A model generated the notes under the pieces. That model was not told the origin of the DNA and made no database searches. It saw nothing but the letters and a program-made list of their open reading frames with translations. From positions 1-63,993 of the IMG/VR virus record IMGVR_UViG_3300008448_006341: a stretch of DNA of 63,993 bases; one strand, given 5' to 3'. Shown in pieces: positions 1-8,708 of this stretch. The stretch comes from a virus. Its lineage: Duplodnaviria > Caudoviricetes. Position numbers and translations under genes: made by a program. Numbering within the stretch: position 1 is the stretch's first letter; every line of letters begins with the position of its first letter.

Positions 1-219
1 GAGTTAAGTTTAATTGATCAGTTAGGTGTATTTTATCAACCAGCAGGCGCCGCACTTCGCGCAACATTCATTGTTGACCCAGACAACGTTATCCAACACG
101 TCACAGTCAACAACTTGAACGTTGGCCGTAGCCCAGAAGAAACGCTTCGTGTATTGGATGCGCTACAAACTGGCGAGCTATGTGCTTGTAATCGTACAGT
201 AGGCGGCGAAACACTTTAA
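1..219 (+). CDS. ahpC: Peroxiredoxin AhpC, 3' part (runs off window start)
   Basis: Frame 1 reads ...ALRATFIVDPDNVIQHVTVNNLNVGRSPEETLRVLDALQTGELCACNR...TAA; ahpD is nearby. Not in ORF track. Confidence 0.92.
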   Translation, partial: ELSLIDQLGVFYQPAGAALRATFIVDPDNVIQHVTVNNLNVGRSPEETLRVLDALQTGELCACNRTVGGETL

Positions 220-230
220 TCGGAGGATGT

Positions 231-635
231 ATGCTTGAATGTCTAATTGTTGGAGATAGTATTGCAGTAGGAGTAAGCCAAGTTCGTACAGAATGTCAGG
301 CCATTGTCAAAAGCGGTATTAATTCTGACAGTTGGAACAAACAGCATCTGCACAAACTCAAGCCAACTAAAACACTGATTATCAGTCTTGGAGCCAACGA
401 CCTTGGTGTCAACACAGAAGTTAACATACGTAAACTTCGAGAGGCTGCACAGGCTGACAGAGTGTTTTGGTTGTTGCCTAGTCAGAGATTAAAACCTGAT
501 CAGGTTCGTGCAGTTAAATTTGTAGCACAAGACTACAACGACACCGTTATACCAAGACCTGAACGGGATATAAGCAATGACGGTGTTCATCCGACCTATA
601 AAGGGTATAAAGTACTAGGAGAGTTAACAAGATGA
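231..635 (+). CDS. SGNH/GDSL hydrolase
   Basis: GDSIA, SLGAND and DGVHPT blocks. Confidence 0.85.
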   Translation: MLECLIVGDSIAVGVSQVRTECQAIVKSGINSDSWNKQHLHKLKPTKTLIISLGANDLGVNTEVNIRKLREAAQADRVFWLLPSQRLKPDQVRAVKFVAQDYNDTVIPRPERDISNDGVHPTYKGYKVLGELTR

Positions 636-1144
636 GTTGGGTAGACACACTTAAAGAAGCATTACCAGATTATGCTAAAGATACAAAATTAAATTTAGAT
701 GCAGTTATCAAACGTAGCTCAATACCAGAAGTTGAAGCCAACGGTTGCGCTCTAGCAGCCGCAATGGCCACAGGTAACGGTAAGCTACTTACTTGGATTG
801 CTAGTACCTTTGAAGATGTACAGGAAAGAGATGCCGCACTGACTGCTGCCGCAATTATGGCACAGAACAACATATGGTACCCCTATGTTGAAATGGCTGA
901 AGACGAACAGTTGAAAGGCCTGCCAGCACAGTTGCGTATGAATGCCATTGCCACGCATGGTGGAACTACCAAGGCACGTTTTGAAAGTTACAGTTTGGCA
1001 GCAAGTATTGTTGGCAAGTGTCACTTCTGTGTTAAGGCACACTACGACACACTCAAGAAGGAAGGCTATTCAGTAGAACAACTTCGTGACATTGGTCGTA
1101 TTGCCGCAGTGGTTAATAGTGTTGCTAAAGTATTGAATAGTTAA
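632..1144 (+). CDS. ahpD: Alkyl hydroperoxide reductase AhpD
   Basis: LPDYAKDTKLNL, MAQNNIWY and CHFCVKAH (CxxC) motifs; near ahpC. Confidence 0.92.
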   Translation: MSWVDTLKEALPDYAKDTKLNLDAVIKRSSIPEVEANGCALAAAMATGNGKLLTWIASTFEDVQERDAALTAAAIMAQNNIWYPYVEMAEDEQLKGLPAQLRMNAIATHGGTTKARFESYSLAASIVGKCHFCVKAHYDTLKKEGYSVEQLRDIGRIAAVVNSVAKVLNS

Positions 1145-1149
1145 AAATT

Positions 1150-1184
1150 TTGTAATCATTTTGTAATCTCTTTATGTTTAAATA
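1150..1184 (+). promoter_or_regulatory. Pho-box-like direct repeat followed by a TAAATA element upstream of pstS
   Basis: TTGTAAT at 1150 and 1161 (11-bp period), TAAATA at 1179. Confidence 0.6.
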
Positions 1185-1209
1185 ATGTTGTTACACAAGG
1201 AGATTTACA

Positions 1210-2214
1210 GTGAACAAACTACTAGCAATTCTATTAGCCGCAGTGTCTATATCAGCACACTCGGCAGACATCACAGGAGCAGGAGCTACCTTTCCGTTCC
1301 CAATCTATGCCAAATGGGCAGAAGGATATAAGAAAGCTACTGGCAACAGTTTGAACTATCAGAGCATTGGTAGTTCAGGTGGTATTAGGCAAATCAACGC
1401 AAAGACAGTAGACTTTGGTGCAACTGATGCTCCGGTAAAAGGTGAAGACCTAGACAAGAACGGACAAGTTCAATTCCCTGCTATCATTGGCGGAACAGTT
1501 CCTGTTGTTAATTTAGATGGTATCAAGCCTGGCGAATTAAAGATTACTGGACCAGTTATGGCTGAAGTGTTCTTGGGCAACATTACCAAGTGGAATGATC
1601 CTAAATTAACAGCACTAAACCCAGGCAAGGCATTACCAGATGCACCAATCACTATTGTACATCGTGCTGATGGCTCGGGTACAACATTCAACTGGACAGA
1701 CTACCTTGCTACTGTTAGTCCTGAGTGGTTGGCCCGTGTGGGTCGTGGTGCCGCAGTCAAATGGCCAGCAGCTACATCTGTGGGTGGCAAGGGCAACGAA
1801 GGTGTTGCAGCCAACGTTAACCGCATCAAAGGTTCAATCGGTTATGTAGAGTATGCTTATGTTAAGAAAAACAATATGGTATTCTTACAGCTACAAAATA
1901 AGAGTGGTAAGTTTGTTAGTCCAGATGACTTAACATTTGCCGCAGCCGCGGATGGCGCTGATTGGTTCTCAGTTCCTGGTATGGGGCTCAGCATTGTAGA
2001 TCAAAAGAATCCCAACGCATGGCCAGTAAGTTCTGCCAGCTTTATCATTATGTACAAGGAGCCAAAGAACAAGGCCAACAGCGATGAAGTGCTAAAGTTC
2101 TTTGACTGGGCATTTAAGAATGGTAAGAAAGATGCCATTGACCTAGACTATGTACCGTTGCCCGATGCCTTGACCAAACAGATTCGTGAACGAGTATGGA
2201 CACAGATCAAATAA
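1210..2214 (+). CDS. pstS: Phosphate ABC transporter substrate-binding protein
   Basis: Signal peptide; GAGATFP, YQSIGSSGG, DFGATD, RADGSGTT motifs. Confidence 0.97.
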   Translation: MNKLLAILLAAVSISAHSADITGAGATFPFPIYAKWAEGYKKATGNSLNYQSIGSSGGIRQINAKTVDFGATDAPVKGEDLDKNGQVQFPAIIGGTVPVVNLDGIKPGELKITGPVMAEVFLGNITKWNDPKLTALNPGKALPDAPITIVHRADGSGTTFNWTDYLATVSPEWLARVGRGAAVKWPAATSVGGKGNEGVAANVNRIKGSIGYVEYAYVKKNNMVFLQLQNKSGKFVSPDDLTFAAAADGADWFSVPGMGLSIVDQKNPNAWPVSSASFIIMYKEPKNKANSDEVLKFFDWAFKNGKKDAIDLDYVPLPDALTKQIRERVWTQIK

Positions 2215-2328
2215 GATAAGCTATATCATTACTATCTTTTAATGATTATCAGTATGTGAAACAGGGTAGTTTTACCTTATACTAACGATACATACTAATG
2301 CAGTATGTTTGTTAAAAGGAGATCTACT

Positions 2329-2400
2329 ATGTGGACTAAACCAGAAGCAACTGAAATGCGCTACGGTTTCGAGATTACAATGTACATTGCAACTCGTTAA
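2329..2400 (+). CDS. pqqA: PQQ precursor peptide PqqA (23 aa, MWTKPEATEMRYGFEITMYIATR)
   Basis: AGGAGA SD; MWTKP...GFE-x-x-x-Y signature; terminator follows. Below the ORF-track size cutoff. Confidence 0.92.
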   Translation: MWTKPEATEMRYGFEITMYIATR

Positions 2401-2422
2401 ACTGTTAGATAATGATCGTTTT

Positions 2423-2444
2423 AAAAGGGCCTTTGGGCCCTTTT
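2423..2444 (+). terminator. Intrinsic terminator
   Basis: AAAAGGGCC-TTTG-GGCCCTTTT. Confidence 0.8.
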
Positions 2445-2461
2445 ATTCTAATAAATAATCA

Positions 2462-3442
2462 ATGCGAGCACAAGAAGTTACCAACGAACAACGAAAACGT
2501 AAAAAGCCTAGATCTGCGGCATATGGCCCCGGAGCATTTGGCATGTATGGAACCGATGCAGGTTACAGCGGAGATGGGGGTGTAGCAGAAGATGCTGAAC
2601 CTATAGATCGTGAATTTGCATTAGTTAAAAAATTAGGTAGACTTGGTCAGCGTATTGTAGAAAATCCAAAACTTTGGGAAAAGTATTCTGACGCCATTGA
2701 CAACGACGATATTGATTGGATTATTAGTTTAATACAAGAAGGCACTGGTGCCGATAAAGATGAAATAATGAATCTCAGCGACTTGTTCGGTGAAATCGGT
2801 GGCGGCCTGGGACGAATTATAGATTTTGCCTGGGCTGTGAAAGAAGGTACCTGGGAAGAAGATTTTATGAATCCATATAGACAACATAGAAGTCAAGATG
2901 TGTCGGAAGGCAAGTTTAGAGCTAACGACATAGAAGAATACAAACCCGGCAAAGAAGCATTAAATGATCTTAAGAGTAGATTCTTACCAGACTGGGAAAT
3001 GCTAGATCATAAGACACTACAGGCCAAATATGTAGCTAAAGATCATAGACATGCAGAACAGTTTACAAAGTTTATTAATAAATTATCTGAACGCATGGAT
3101 CACTTTGCTGAAGTAACACAAGACGTTGCAGAAATCACAGTAAAGACCACTACATTTGATGTTAAGGGTCTTACTCTATTAGACTTTCAATTGGCAATGA
3201 TTGTAGATAACTTTGCCGAGAAAGCTGATATTGAACAGGTAAGAATGAGCGGAAACTTTGGCATGTATGAAAACTTTGCCGACGGCAAGAACCCGCAGGA
3301 CAAAGGCGACAGTAAGCGACACGGTATCAATACCAAAGCCAGTGTAAGTTCATTACGTAAGACTGCTAAACAAGGCGGACGTAAAGGACAACTAGCACAT
3401 TGGTTAGCTAATATGAAAGCAGGCAAGGCAAAGAAAAAATGA
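2462..3442 (+). CDS. Modular putative virion protein with an internal pterin-4a-carbinolamine dehydratase-like domain
   Basis: MRAQEV N-terminus; LPDW...KY...F...MDHFAEV...TTFDVKGLTLLDFQLA resembles the PCD fold; basic C-terminal module. Confidence 0.6.
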   Translation: MRAQEVTNEQRKRKKPRSAAYGPGAFGMYGTDAGYSGDGGVAEDAEPIDREFALVKKLGRLGQRIVENPKLWEKYSDAIDNDDIDWIISLIQEGTGADKDEIMNLSDLFGEIGGGLGRIIDFAWAVKEGTWEEDFMNPYRQHRSQDVSEGKFRANDIEEYKPGKEALNDLKSRFLPDWEMLDHKTLQAKYVAKDHRHAEQFTKFINKLSERMDHFAEVTQDVAEITVKTTTFDVKGLTLLDFQLAMIVDNFAEKADIEQVRMSGNFGMYENFADGKNPQDKGDSKRHGINTKASVSSLRKTAKQGGRKGQLAHWLANMKAGKAKKK

Positions 3443-3843
3443 GAGCATACGAGTTCATCCGCAACAGTAGATCAAATCCTGCCAAAGAAGATTACCATCC
3501 AAACGATCCTCCACCGGGCCCAGAGTTTAAACCCAAGATGCCTGCAGGTACTGTAAGAGTAGATGTCAGTGATGTCTATGATTGGTACAAGTTAGGACAA
3601 CATATTAGCAATCTTGATAGAGTAGATCCTAAAATATTTGGCAAAGGCCCACCTAGTACAATTATATCGTTTGGCGACGAAGAAACAGAGCACAAGTATA
3701 TCAATGCTTTAAAGAAGCTAGGTCTTACCACTACTGATATTGATCCAGTAGATCCTAATCAACCTAAAGGTATGCCACGTCAAAAAGTTGATCCTACATT
3801 TGATGTTGAAGATTCCAATAAGCCAGAAAAGAAAAACTTTTAA
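3439..3843 (+). CDS. Hypothetical protein, M-R-x-x-E-F family
   Basis: ATGA-coupled ORF starting MRAYEF. Confidence 0.7.
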   Translation: MRAYEFIRNSRSNPAKEDYHPNDPPPGPEFKPKMPAGTVRVDVSDVYDWYKLGQHISNLDRVDPKIFGKGPPSTIISFGDEETEHKYINALKKLGLTTTDIDPVDPNQPKGMPRQKVDPTFDVEDSNKPEKKNF

Positions 3844-3930
3844 CTATATCTGTCAACGCAGACTGTAGGTAAGGCGTTATATATGTATACAGATAAATTT
3901 CTGTATATTAACCAAAAAAGGAAACTTTAT

Positions 3931-4149
3931 ATGAAATTAGTTGCAACTTTAATCGCTTCGTTATTTGCCGTATCTGCCTTTGCCGCTGAGCCAGCAAAGA
4001 AAGCAGAAGCCAAACCTGCTGCCGCAGCCCCTGCTCCAGCCGCTAGTGCTCCAGCCGCACCCAAAGCTGATGCCACTAAAAGTGAAGCCAAACCTGCCGC
4101 TAAAAAGGACGACAAAAAGGCTGCTGAGCCAGCTCCAGCAAAGAAGTGA
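3931..4149 (+). CDS. Secreted Ala/Pro/Lys-rich low-complexity protein
   Basis: AAGGA SD; signal peptide MKLVATLIASLFAVSAFA; PAAK-type repeats. Confidence 0.8.
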   Translation: MKLVATLIASLFAVSAFAAEPAKKAEAKPAAAAPAPAASAPAAPKADATKSEAKPAAKKDDKKAAEPAPAKK

Positions 4150-4320
4150 TATAGAAGACAGTGATACCTGCAATGGATCTGAAGATATTGAACTACATGT
4201 TGGATATCGAAGACCAGAACTAATTCGAGTAGATGTCATCGACGATGATAATGATTTGAGTGAGTATGTAAGGTTAAGACTGTTTATTGCTAGGATCAAA
4301 GCTTTAGAAGCTTACAATAG

Positions 4321-4348
4321 AAAATGGGCTGCTTGACAGCCCATTTTT
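4321..4348 (+). terminator. Intrinsic terminator
   Basis: AAAATGGGCTG-CTTGA-CAGCCCATTTTT. Confidence 0.75.
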
Positions 4349-4349
4349 C

Positions 4350-4378
4350 TTGACTGTTATATCTATATCAAGTATAAT
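4350..4378 (+). promoter_or_regulatory. Sigma70-type promoter
   Basis: TTGACT-N17-TATAAT. Confidence 0.8.
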
Positions 4379-4409
4379 ATGTTTACTTTATCCATTCTCT
4401 GGAGCATAT

Positions 4410-4973
4410 ATGATTACCCTAAAAGAGTTTCTCGAAACAATTGACTACAAAATTACCGAAGGCAGCGAGTACTACTGGAATTGCTTTGGCCCAGATGCAT
4501 ACAGTTTAGATCATTGGGACGGTGATCACGAAGGCTGTGCCCTGCATGTGGTCTTTGACAAGACTAGTCAAACTGTCTATACAGTAGAAGCACACGATTA
4601 TACTAACCGCCGCAGTTATCGATTAATTAACAGTGAGTTCAAAGAAGCACATGACAACGAAGTTACTGCCAGAGGCATTGACGATGTGGCCTATGACGAT
4701 GTTAACTATATTGATTTAGAAAGTGCAGAAGATTGGTTAGAAAAAGCCCGTGCTATCTTTCTTGGAGAAGACTACGATACTCGTGTGAGTATCCCGCTAG
4801 ACATTCCCAAAGACGATCTCTACACTTATATGTTGGCTGCACATGAACGCGACATGTCACTTAATGAGTTCGTTGAAGAAGCAATTCGTAATGCTGTAAA
4901 AGAACTTGAGCAGGATCCAGAAGGTTTTAAACAACGAGCAGAGCGGTGGAAGCATGAAAAAAATATTCTATGA
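4410..4973 (+). CDS. Hypothetical phage protein, possible C-terminal ribbon-helix-helix
   Basis: GGAG SD before ATG 4410; AAHERDMSLNEFVEEAI is HicB/RHH-like. Confidence 0.7.
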   Translation: MITLKEFLETIDYKITEGSEYYWNCFGPDAYSLDHWDGDHEGCALHVVFDKTSQTVYTVEAHDYTNRRSYRLINSEFKEAHDNEVTARGIDDVAYDDVNYIDLESAEDWLEKARAIFLGEDYDTRVSIPLDIPKDDLYTYMLAAHERDMSLNEFVEEAIRNAVKELEQDPEGFKQRAERWKHEKNIL

Positions 4974-5418
4974 GAAACAGGGACGACGATACATTCCTGT
5001 GGCGGAGTATGATAACGAGCTTTTGGACTCACTGCCCAAAGGTGCTCATTTGGTTATGGTTTACCCTGGAGGTAGCTCTCGCCGTTTTAACATTGATCCT
5101 AACTATGCGGGAATGATTGCCGCAGGTCGTGTTGCTGAAGATGCTATTTGTAAAGCCATTAACAAAGCCAGTGAACTACGCCCTAAACAGACTCCTCTCA
5201 CAGAAGGACAACGTCGAGCATGGCGCAAGTTAGCCAAAGAGTTTGGCGATGAACTGTGTACCCTGCACGGTGCTAGCACTCACGACATTGCCGAAGCAGG
5301 AGTTAAAGCTATGATGACCGAAGCAGATAAGCTCATGGCCAATCCTACTGTGCGTAAGTCTTTTGAAAAGTTTATCATGCTCTGCGAATTGACAAAACAG
5401 AATGAACCTCACAATTAA
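4954..5418 (+). CDS. Hypothetical phage protein
   Basis: Overlap-coupled ORF (MKKIFYE...). Confidence 0.75.
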   Translation: MKKIFYEKQGRRYIPVAEYDNELLDSLPKGAHLVMVYPGGSSRRFNIDPNYAGMIAAGRVAEDAICKAINKASELRPKQTPLTEGQRRAWRKLAKEFGDELCTLHGASTHDIAEAGVKAMMTEADKLMANPTVRKSFEKFIMLCELTKQNEPHN

Positions 5419-5719
5419 AAAGACTGATAAACGGCATACCGGAGGAGGGCAATGGAAGTGGCTGGTCATTGTAGAACGTAGACCTGCTGTGCCCTATGGT
5501 AGTCCTGCAATGATTCAAAAGACTCAGGATCTTAATGAGATTAGAGATTGGTGCTGGCAAACCTACGGTGCTAGCTGTGAGTTAGAATTTTGGCTGCGTG
5601 TACCTGAAGACGGACAAAAAAGAAATGAAAAGTGGTGTTGGCACACTAACTATGACAACTTTAAAATTTATCTACGCACAGATAAAGAAGTAAACTGGTT
5701 TAAGTTGAAATGGCTATAA
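5402..5719 (+). CDS. Small protein, F-x-L-[KR]-W C-terminal family
   Basis: DWCWQTYG ... WFKLKWL. Confidence 0.75.
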   Translation: MNLTIKKTDKRHTGGGQWKWLVIVERRPAVPYGSPAMIQKTQDLNEIRDWCWQTYGASCELEFWLRVPEDGQKRNEKWCWHTNYDNFKIYLRTDKEVNWFKLKWL

Positions 5720-5725
5720 CTCAGT

Positions 5726-5944
5726 ATGCGTGAAGTTATTATACCAGATAAGAATGCTAATGAAATTATGGAACTCGTAAAGGAGTTACGCCAGCACGGA
5801 CTAATACAGGGACAGGACTTCGATTTTAAGTATCAACCCCCTGTCTGGGATGACTTCAGTGGACATGCCGTACATGAAAAACATACTGTGTTTTATTTTC
5901 ATACAGAAAAGTATGCAACCTTTTTTCAATTAAAATGGTCATGA
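5726..5944 (+). CDS. Small protein, F-x-L-[KR]-W family
   Basis: Ends FFQLKWS. Confidence 0.7.
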   Translation: MREVIIPDKNANEIMELVKELRQHGLIQGQDFDFKYQPPVWDDFSGHAVHEKHTVFYFHTEKYATFFQLKWS

Positions 5945-6234
5945 GAAAGAAGCGCCTGCTCACTGATCGTTCTGGTGATCTACAAGAACAAATAATAGCA
6001 AAACAATCAAAACGAATAGCAGACGAGGTAGATGCTGAAGTCTTACGAAACATGCTCTGTGAAATAGGGTGGCATCAAGTTATTGTTCCTCGACCTATGA
6101 CCTACGAACAAAGCAATGAACTTGATCAATGGCTTCGTGATAGTATTAAAGGCCGCCATTGGGATCGAGGATTAGTATTCTTATTTGAAGAAGAACGTGA
6201 TGCTATGTGGTTTAAGTTGAGGTGGCTATCATGA
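5941..6234 (+). CDS. Small protein, F-x-L-[KR]-W family
   Basis: Ends FEEERDAMWFKLRWLS. Confidence 0.7.
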   Translation: MRKKRLLTDRSGDLQEQIIAKQSKRIADEVDAEVLRNMLCEIGWHQVIVPRPMTYEQSNELDQWLRDSIKGRHWDRGLVFLFEEERDAMWFKLRWLS

Positions 6235-6416
6235 TTAGCTTCGATGTTAAACCAAATGTTACCTATGATGTAATCTATGTTGAAGGCAATATTGCCCCTG
6301 CCCTAGAATGGTGTAATAAAACTTTTGGTCCGCCGGGTGACCGCTGGTTTATATCTAACCATAGGTTCTATTTCTTGCAGGAAAAAGATGCTATGCTATT
6401 TGAATTAAGGTGGTAA
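6231..6416 (+). CDS. Small protein, F-x-L-[KR]-W family
   Basis: EWCNKTFG ... EKDAMLFELRW. Confidence 0.7.
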   Translation: MISFDVKPNVTYDVIYVEGNIAPALEWCNKTFGPPGDRWFISNHRFYFLQEKDAMLFELRW

Positions 6417-6417
6417 T

Positions 6418-6774
6418 ATGAAGTTCTATCAAAAGTATGACATGCAGGTATATCCAAGCCAACGCAAGATGCGTAGGATTCCTCATATGCGTAACTATAC
6501 TAATCTATGGAACATAGATGTATCCGATTCGGCTGTTTATCAACATACTTTTGATGTTGAAGAAGTAGAATGTGTTGATGTAGTCATGCCTAAAGATAGA
6601 CTAGAAGAATTAGAACGTATGATAGAATGGTATGAAAACAGAGAACACAAGATAAAACAACAAGCAGAAATAGTTGAGATGCTACGCAGAGATGAACGTG
6701 TACGCATAGAGTATCCTGCTGTACAAAAAGCCTATATGAAGTATCTAACCTTGTTGGAGTTATGTAGAAAATGA
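6418..6774 (+). CDS. Hypothetical phage protein
   Basis: Tightly packed ORF; C-terminal PAVQKAY motif similar to ORFs 4954 and 7102. Confidence 0.7.
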   Translation: MKFYQKYDMQVYPSQRKMRRIPHMRNYTNLWNIDVSDSAVYQHTFDVEEVECVDVVMPKDRLEELERMIEWYENREHKIKQQAEIVEMLRRDERVRIEYPAVQKAYMKYLTLLELCRK

Positions 6775-6989
6775 TTTTTAAAACCTGTGAAGTAGGTATA
6801 TTTAGACTGCCTGGCATAGTTATAGAGTCTGAAGAAGATGAAACTATTTCTGAAGAAGCACTTAAAGAAATGGAAGACTGGTGTAACAGCGAGTTTGGTA
6901 AAGGAATACGTATGACTGAAAGACTGTTTAGTTTTCGTAAAGAAAGTCAACGTGACTGGTTTATATTAAGATGGAGTGGAAAAGAATGA
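6771..6989 (+). CDS. Small protein, F-x-L-[KR]-W family
   Basis: DWCNSEFG ... RDWFILRWS. Confidence 0.7.
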   Translation: MIFKTCEVGIFRLPGIVIESEEDETISEEALKEMEDWCNSEFGKGIRMTERLFSFRKESQRDWFILRWSGKE

Positions 6990-7105
6990 CTGAAGGCGAA
7001 CGAGCAGGCCGCTGGGCTATGGTATATCTCTATACGGCGTTGTTTGCTTTATGGTTTAATATTATCTGCATTGTTGGTTGGCATATCAAGGAGTGGTTTT
7101 TATGA
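6986..7105 (+). CDS. 39-aa single-pass membrane peptide
   Basis: MTEGERAGRWAMVYLYTALFALWFNIICIVGWHIKEWFL; ATGA overlaps at both ends. Confidence 0.6.
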   Translation: MTEGERAGRWAMVYLYTALFALWFNIICIVGWHIKEWFL

Positions 7106-7488
7106 TTAAAGGAATAAATTCGAGCGGCCGTTATCTAACTGTGTCTGGCGGCACAGCATCTAACCCATACATTAGTCCGGGTAGTGTGGGTGCAGGCATG
7201 ATGAGATACAATCCTAATATGAATTGTATCGAAGTTAACGACGGTAACAGTTGGCAACAGTTGGGTGTGAGTTATGCCACTGTTGAACTCAATCCAGATA
7301 CTGAGGCACTATTAGAGTGGGCAAGACTAGAACGTACTAAACAACGAATCCTTGCAGAGCGCATTGAACAAAACCCTGCACTGAAGAAGGCGTATGCAGC
7401 CGTAGTTCGAGCACAGGAAAACTTTGATATCCTAGATAGGATTGTCGGAGATGATTTAGATAGAGAACTCCGCGAGATTGCGCCATAA
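7102..7488 (+). CDS. Hypothetical phage protein
   Basis: AAGGAG SD; coupled ORF. Confidence 0.7.
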   Translation: MIKGINSSGRYLTVSGGTASNPYISPGSVGAGMMRYNPNMNCIEVNDGNSWQQLGVSYATVELNPDTEALLEWARLERTKQRILAERIEQNPALKKAYAAVVRAQENFDILDRIVGDDLDRELREIAP

Positions 7489-7495
7489 ATAGTTA

Positions 7496-8305
7496 ATGAA
7501 GAAATTTTTACTTACATTAGTATTGTCTGCGTCTACACTATATGCAGGGGCAGCACAGAGCTCCTGGGGTCTCTATGACTATCAGCTAGGCAAGTATCAG
7601 CAGGCTGCAAACACTGATGATGTCCGCAGTATTGCCAGCATTACTAAACTGTTTACTGCTACTACTATTCTACGATCTGGGTTAGATCTCAACGAACGAG
7701 TAAAAGTCACAGGGCGCAGTGGTGGAAGATTCCCCAAAGGTACTATGGTACGCAGGATTGATCTTATGAAAGCCATGTTGATCAGTTCGGATAACCTAGC
7801 TGCCGAAACACTGGCTAACACCTACCCAGGTGGCTTTAGTGTTTTTATAACAGAAACAAATCAGTGGGTTAGAGGTTGGGGATTGATAGATACCACTATT
7901 GTCGATGCCAGCGGGCTATCCCCAGGCAATCAAAGTTCAGTTAATAATCTTGTAACTCTTATCTATAAGATTAGACAGTACCCTGAAATATTAAACATCA
8001 GTGCAGAATCTAATACAATCTTAAAAGTTAACAAAGGCAAGAAAGAAATAAAGATTCATTTAAAGAATACTAATCCAGAAGTATTTGTCTTTGATAACAT
8101 TGTATTAAGTAAGACTGGCACAACCAATGCCGCAGGTAGATGTGTAGTCATGCTAGTTGAAAAAGCCAACGGCCTACACGGCATTGTTGTACTAGGCAAG
8201 CATAACTCTAAAGAAAGAAGTACATTGGCACAGGCATTGTTAAAAATAGTACCTGTATCAAATGCCAATGCCAGCCAAGATGAATACGAAATAACATTCC
8301 CTTAA
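7496..8305 (+). CDS. D-Ala-D-Ala carboxypeptidase/endopeptidase (peptidase S11, PBP7-like)
   Basis: Signal peptide; SITK (SxxK), SDN (SxN) and KTG motifs. Confidence 0.9.
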   Translation: MKKFLLTLVLSASTLYAGAAQSSWGLYDYQLGKYQQAANTDDVRSIASITKLFTATTILRSGLDLNERVKVTGRSGGRFPKGTMVRRIDLMKAMLISSDNLAAETLANTYPGGFSVFITETNQWVRGWGLIDTTIVDASGLSPGNQSSVNNLVTLIYKIRQYPEILNISAESNTILKVNKGKKEIKIHLKNTNPEVFVFDNIVLSKTGTTNAAGRCVVMLVEKANGLHGIVVLGKHNSKERSTLAQALLKIVPVSNANASQDEYEITFP

Positions 8306-8652
8306 TGTCAGTAACTTCAATTAAATCAGATACAGGGCATCTAGGACCTACTCCTAGACAGCAGACTTATGAGAATATGGTCATTGATGGATACGCTCAT
8401 AGGATCTATAATATTACTGTGCATCAGTTCACAATGGGAGATGTAGATGATTTTGAAATCTACGTAGCACAACCATTGTGGGAGTGGCAGGAAACCGAAA
8501 TGGGCTCCTGGATTATGAAACACGCTGTTGAATCGCCTACATGGCATAGAATGACAGACTACACTTCTTTTGGACATCGTGTTGCAATCACAGCCAAACT
8601 CAAAGGCAAGGATCATACCTATTGGCAACTCAAATGGGGAACTGCCGCTTGA
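8305..8652 (+). CDS. Hypothetical protein ending in an L-K-W motif
   Basis: Ends TYWQLKWGTAA. Confidence 0.7.
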   Translation: MSVTSIKSDTGHLGPTPRQQTYENMVIDGYAHRIYNITVHQFTMGDVDDFEIYVAQPLWEWQETEMGSWIMKHAVESPTWHRMTDYTSFGHRVAITAKLKGKDHTYWQLKWGTAA

Positions 8653-8677
8653 CCGTTGGCTTAAAATCAGCTATAAT
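8649..8677 (+). promoter_or_regulatory. Sigma70-type promoter
   Basis: TTGACC-N17-TATAAT. Confidence 0.75.
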
Positions 8678-8708
8678 AAAGCTATTGTAAACTTCACTAC
8701 TTAAACAC

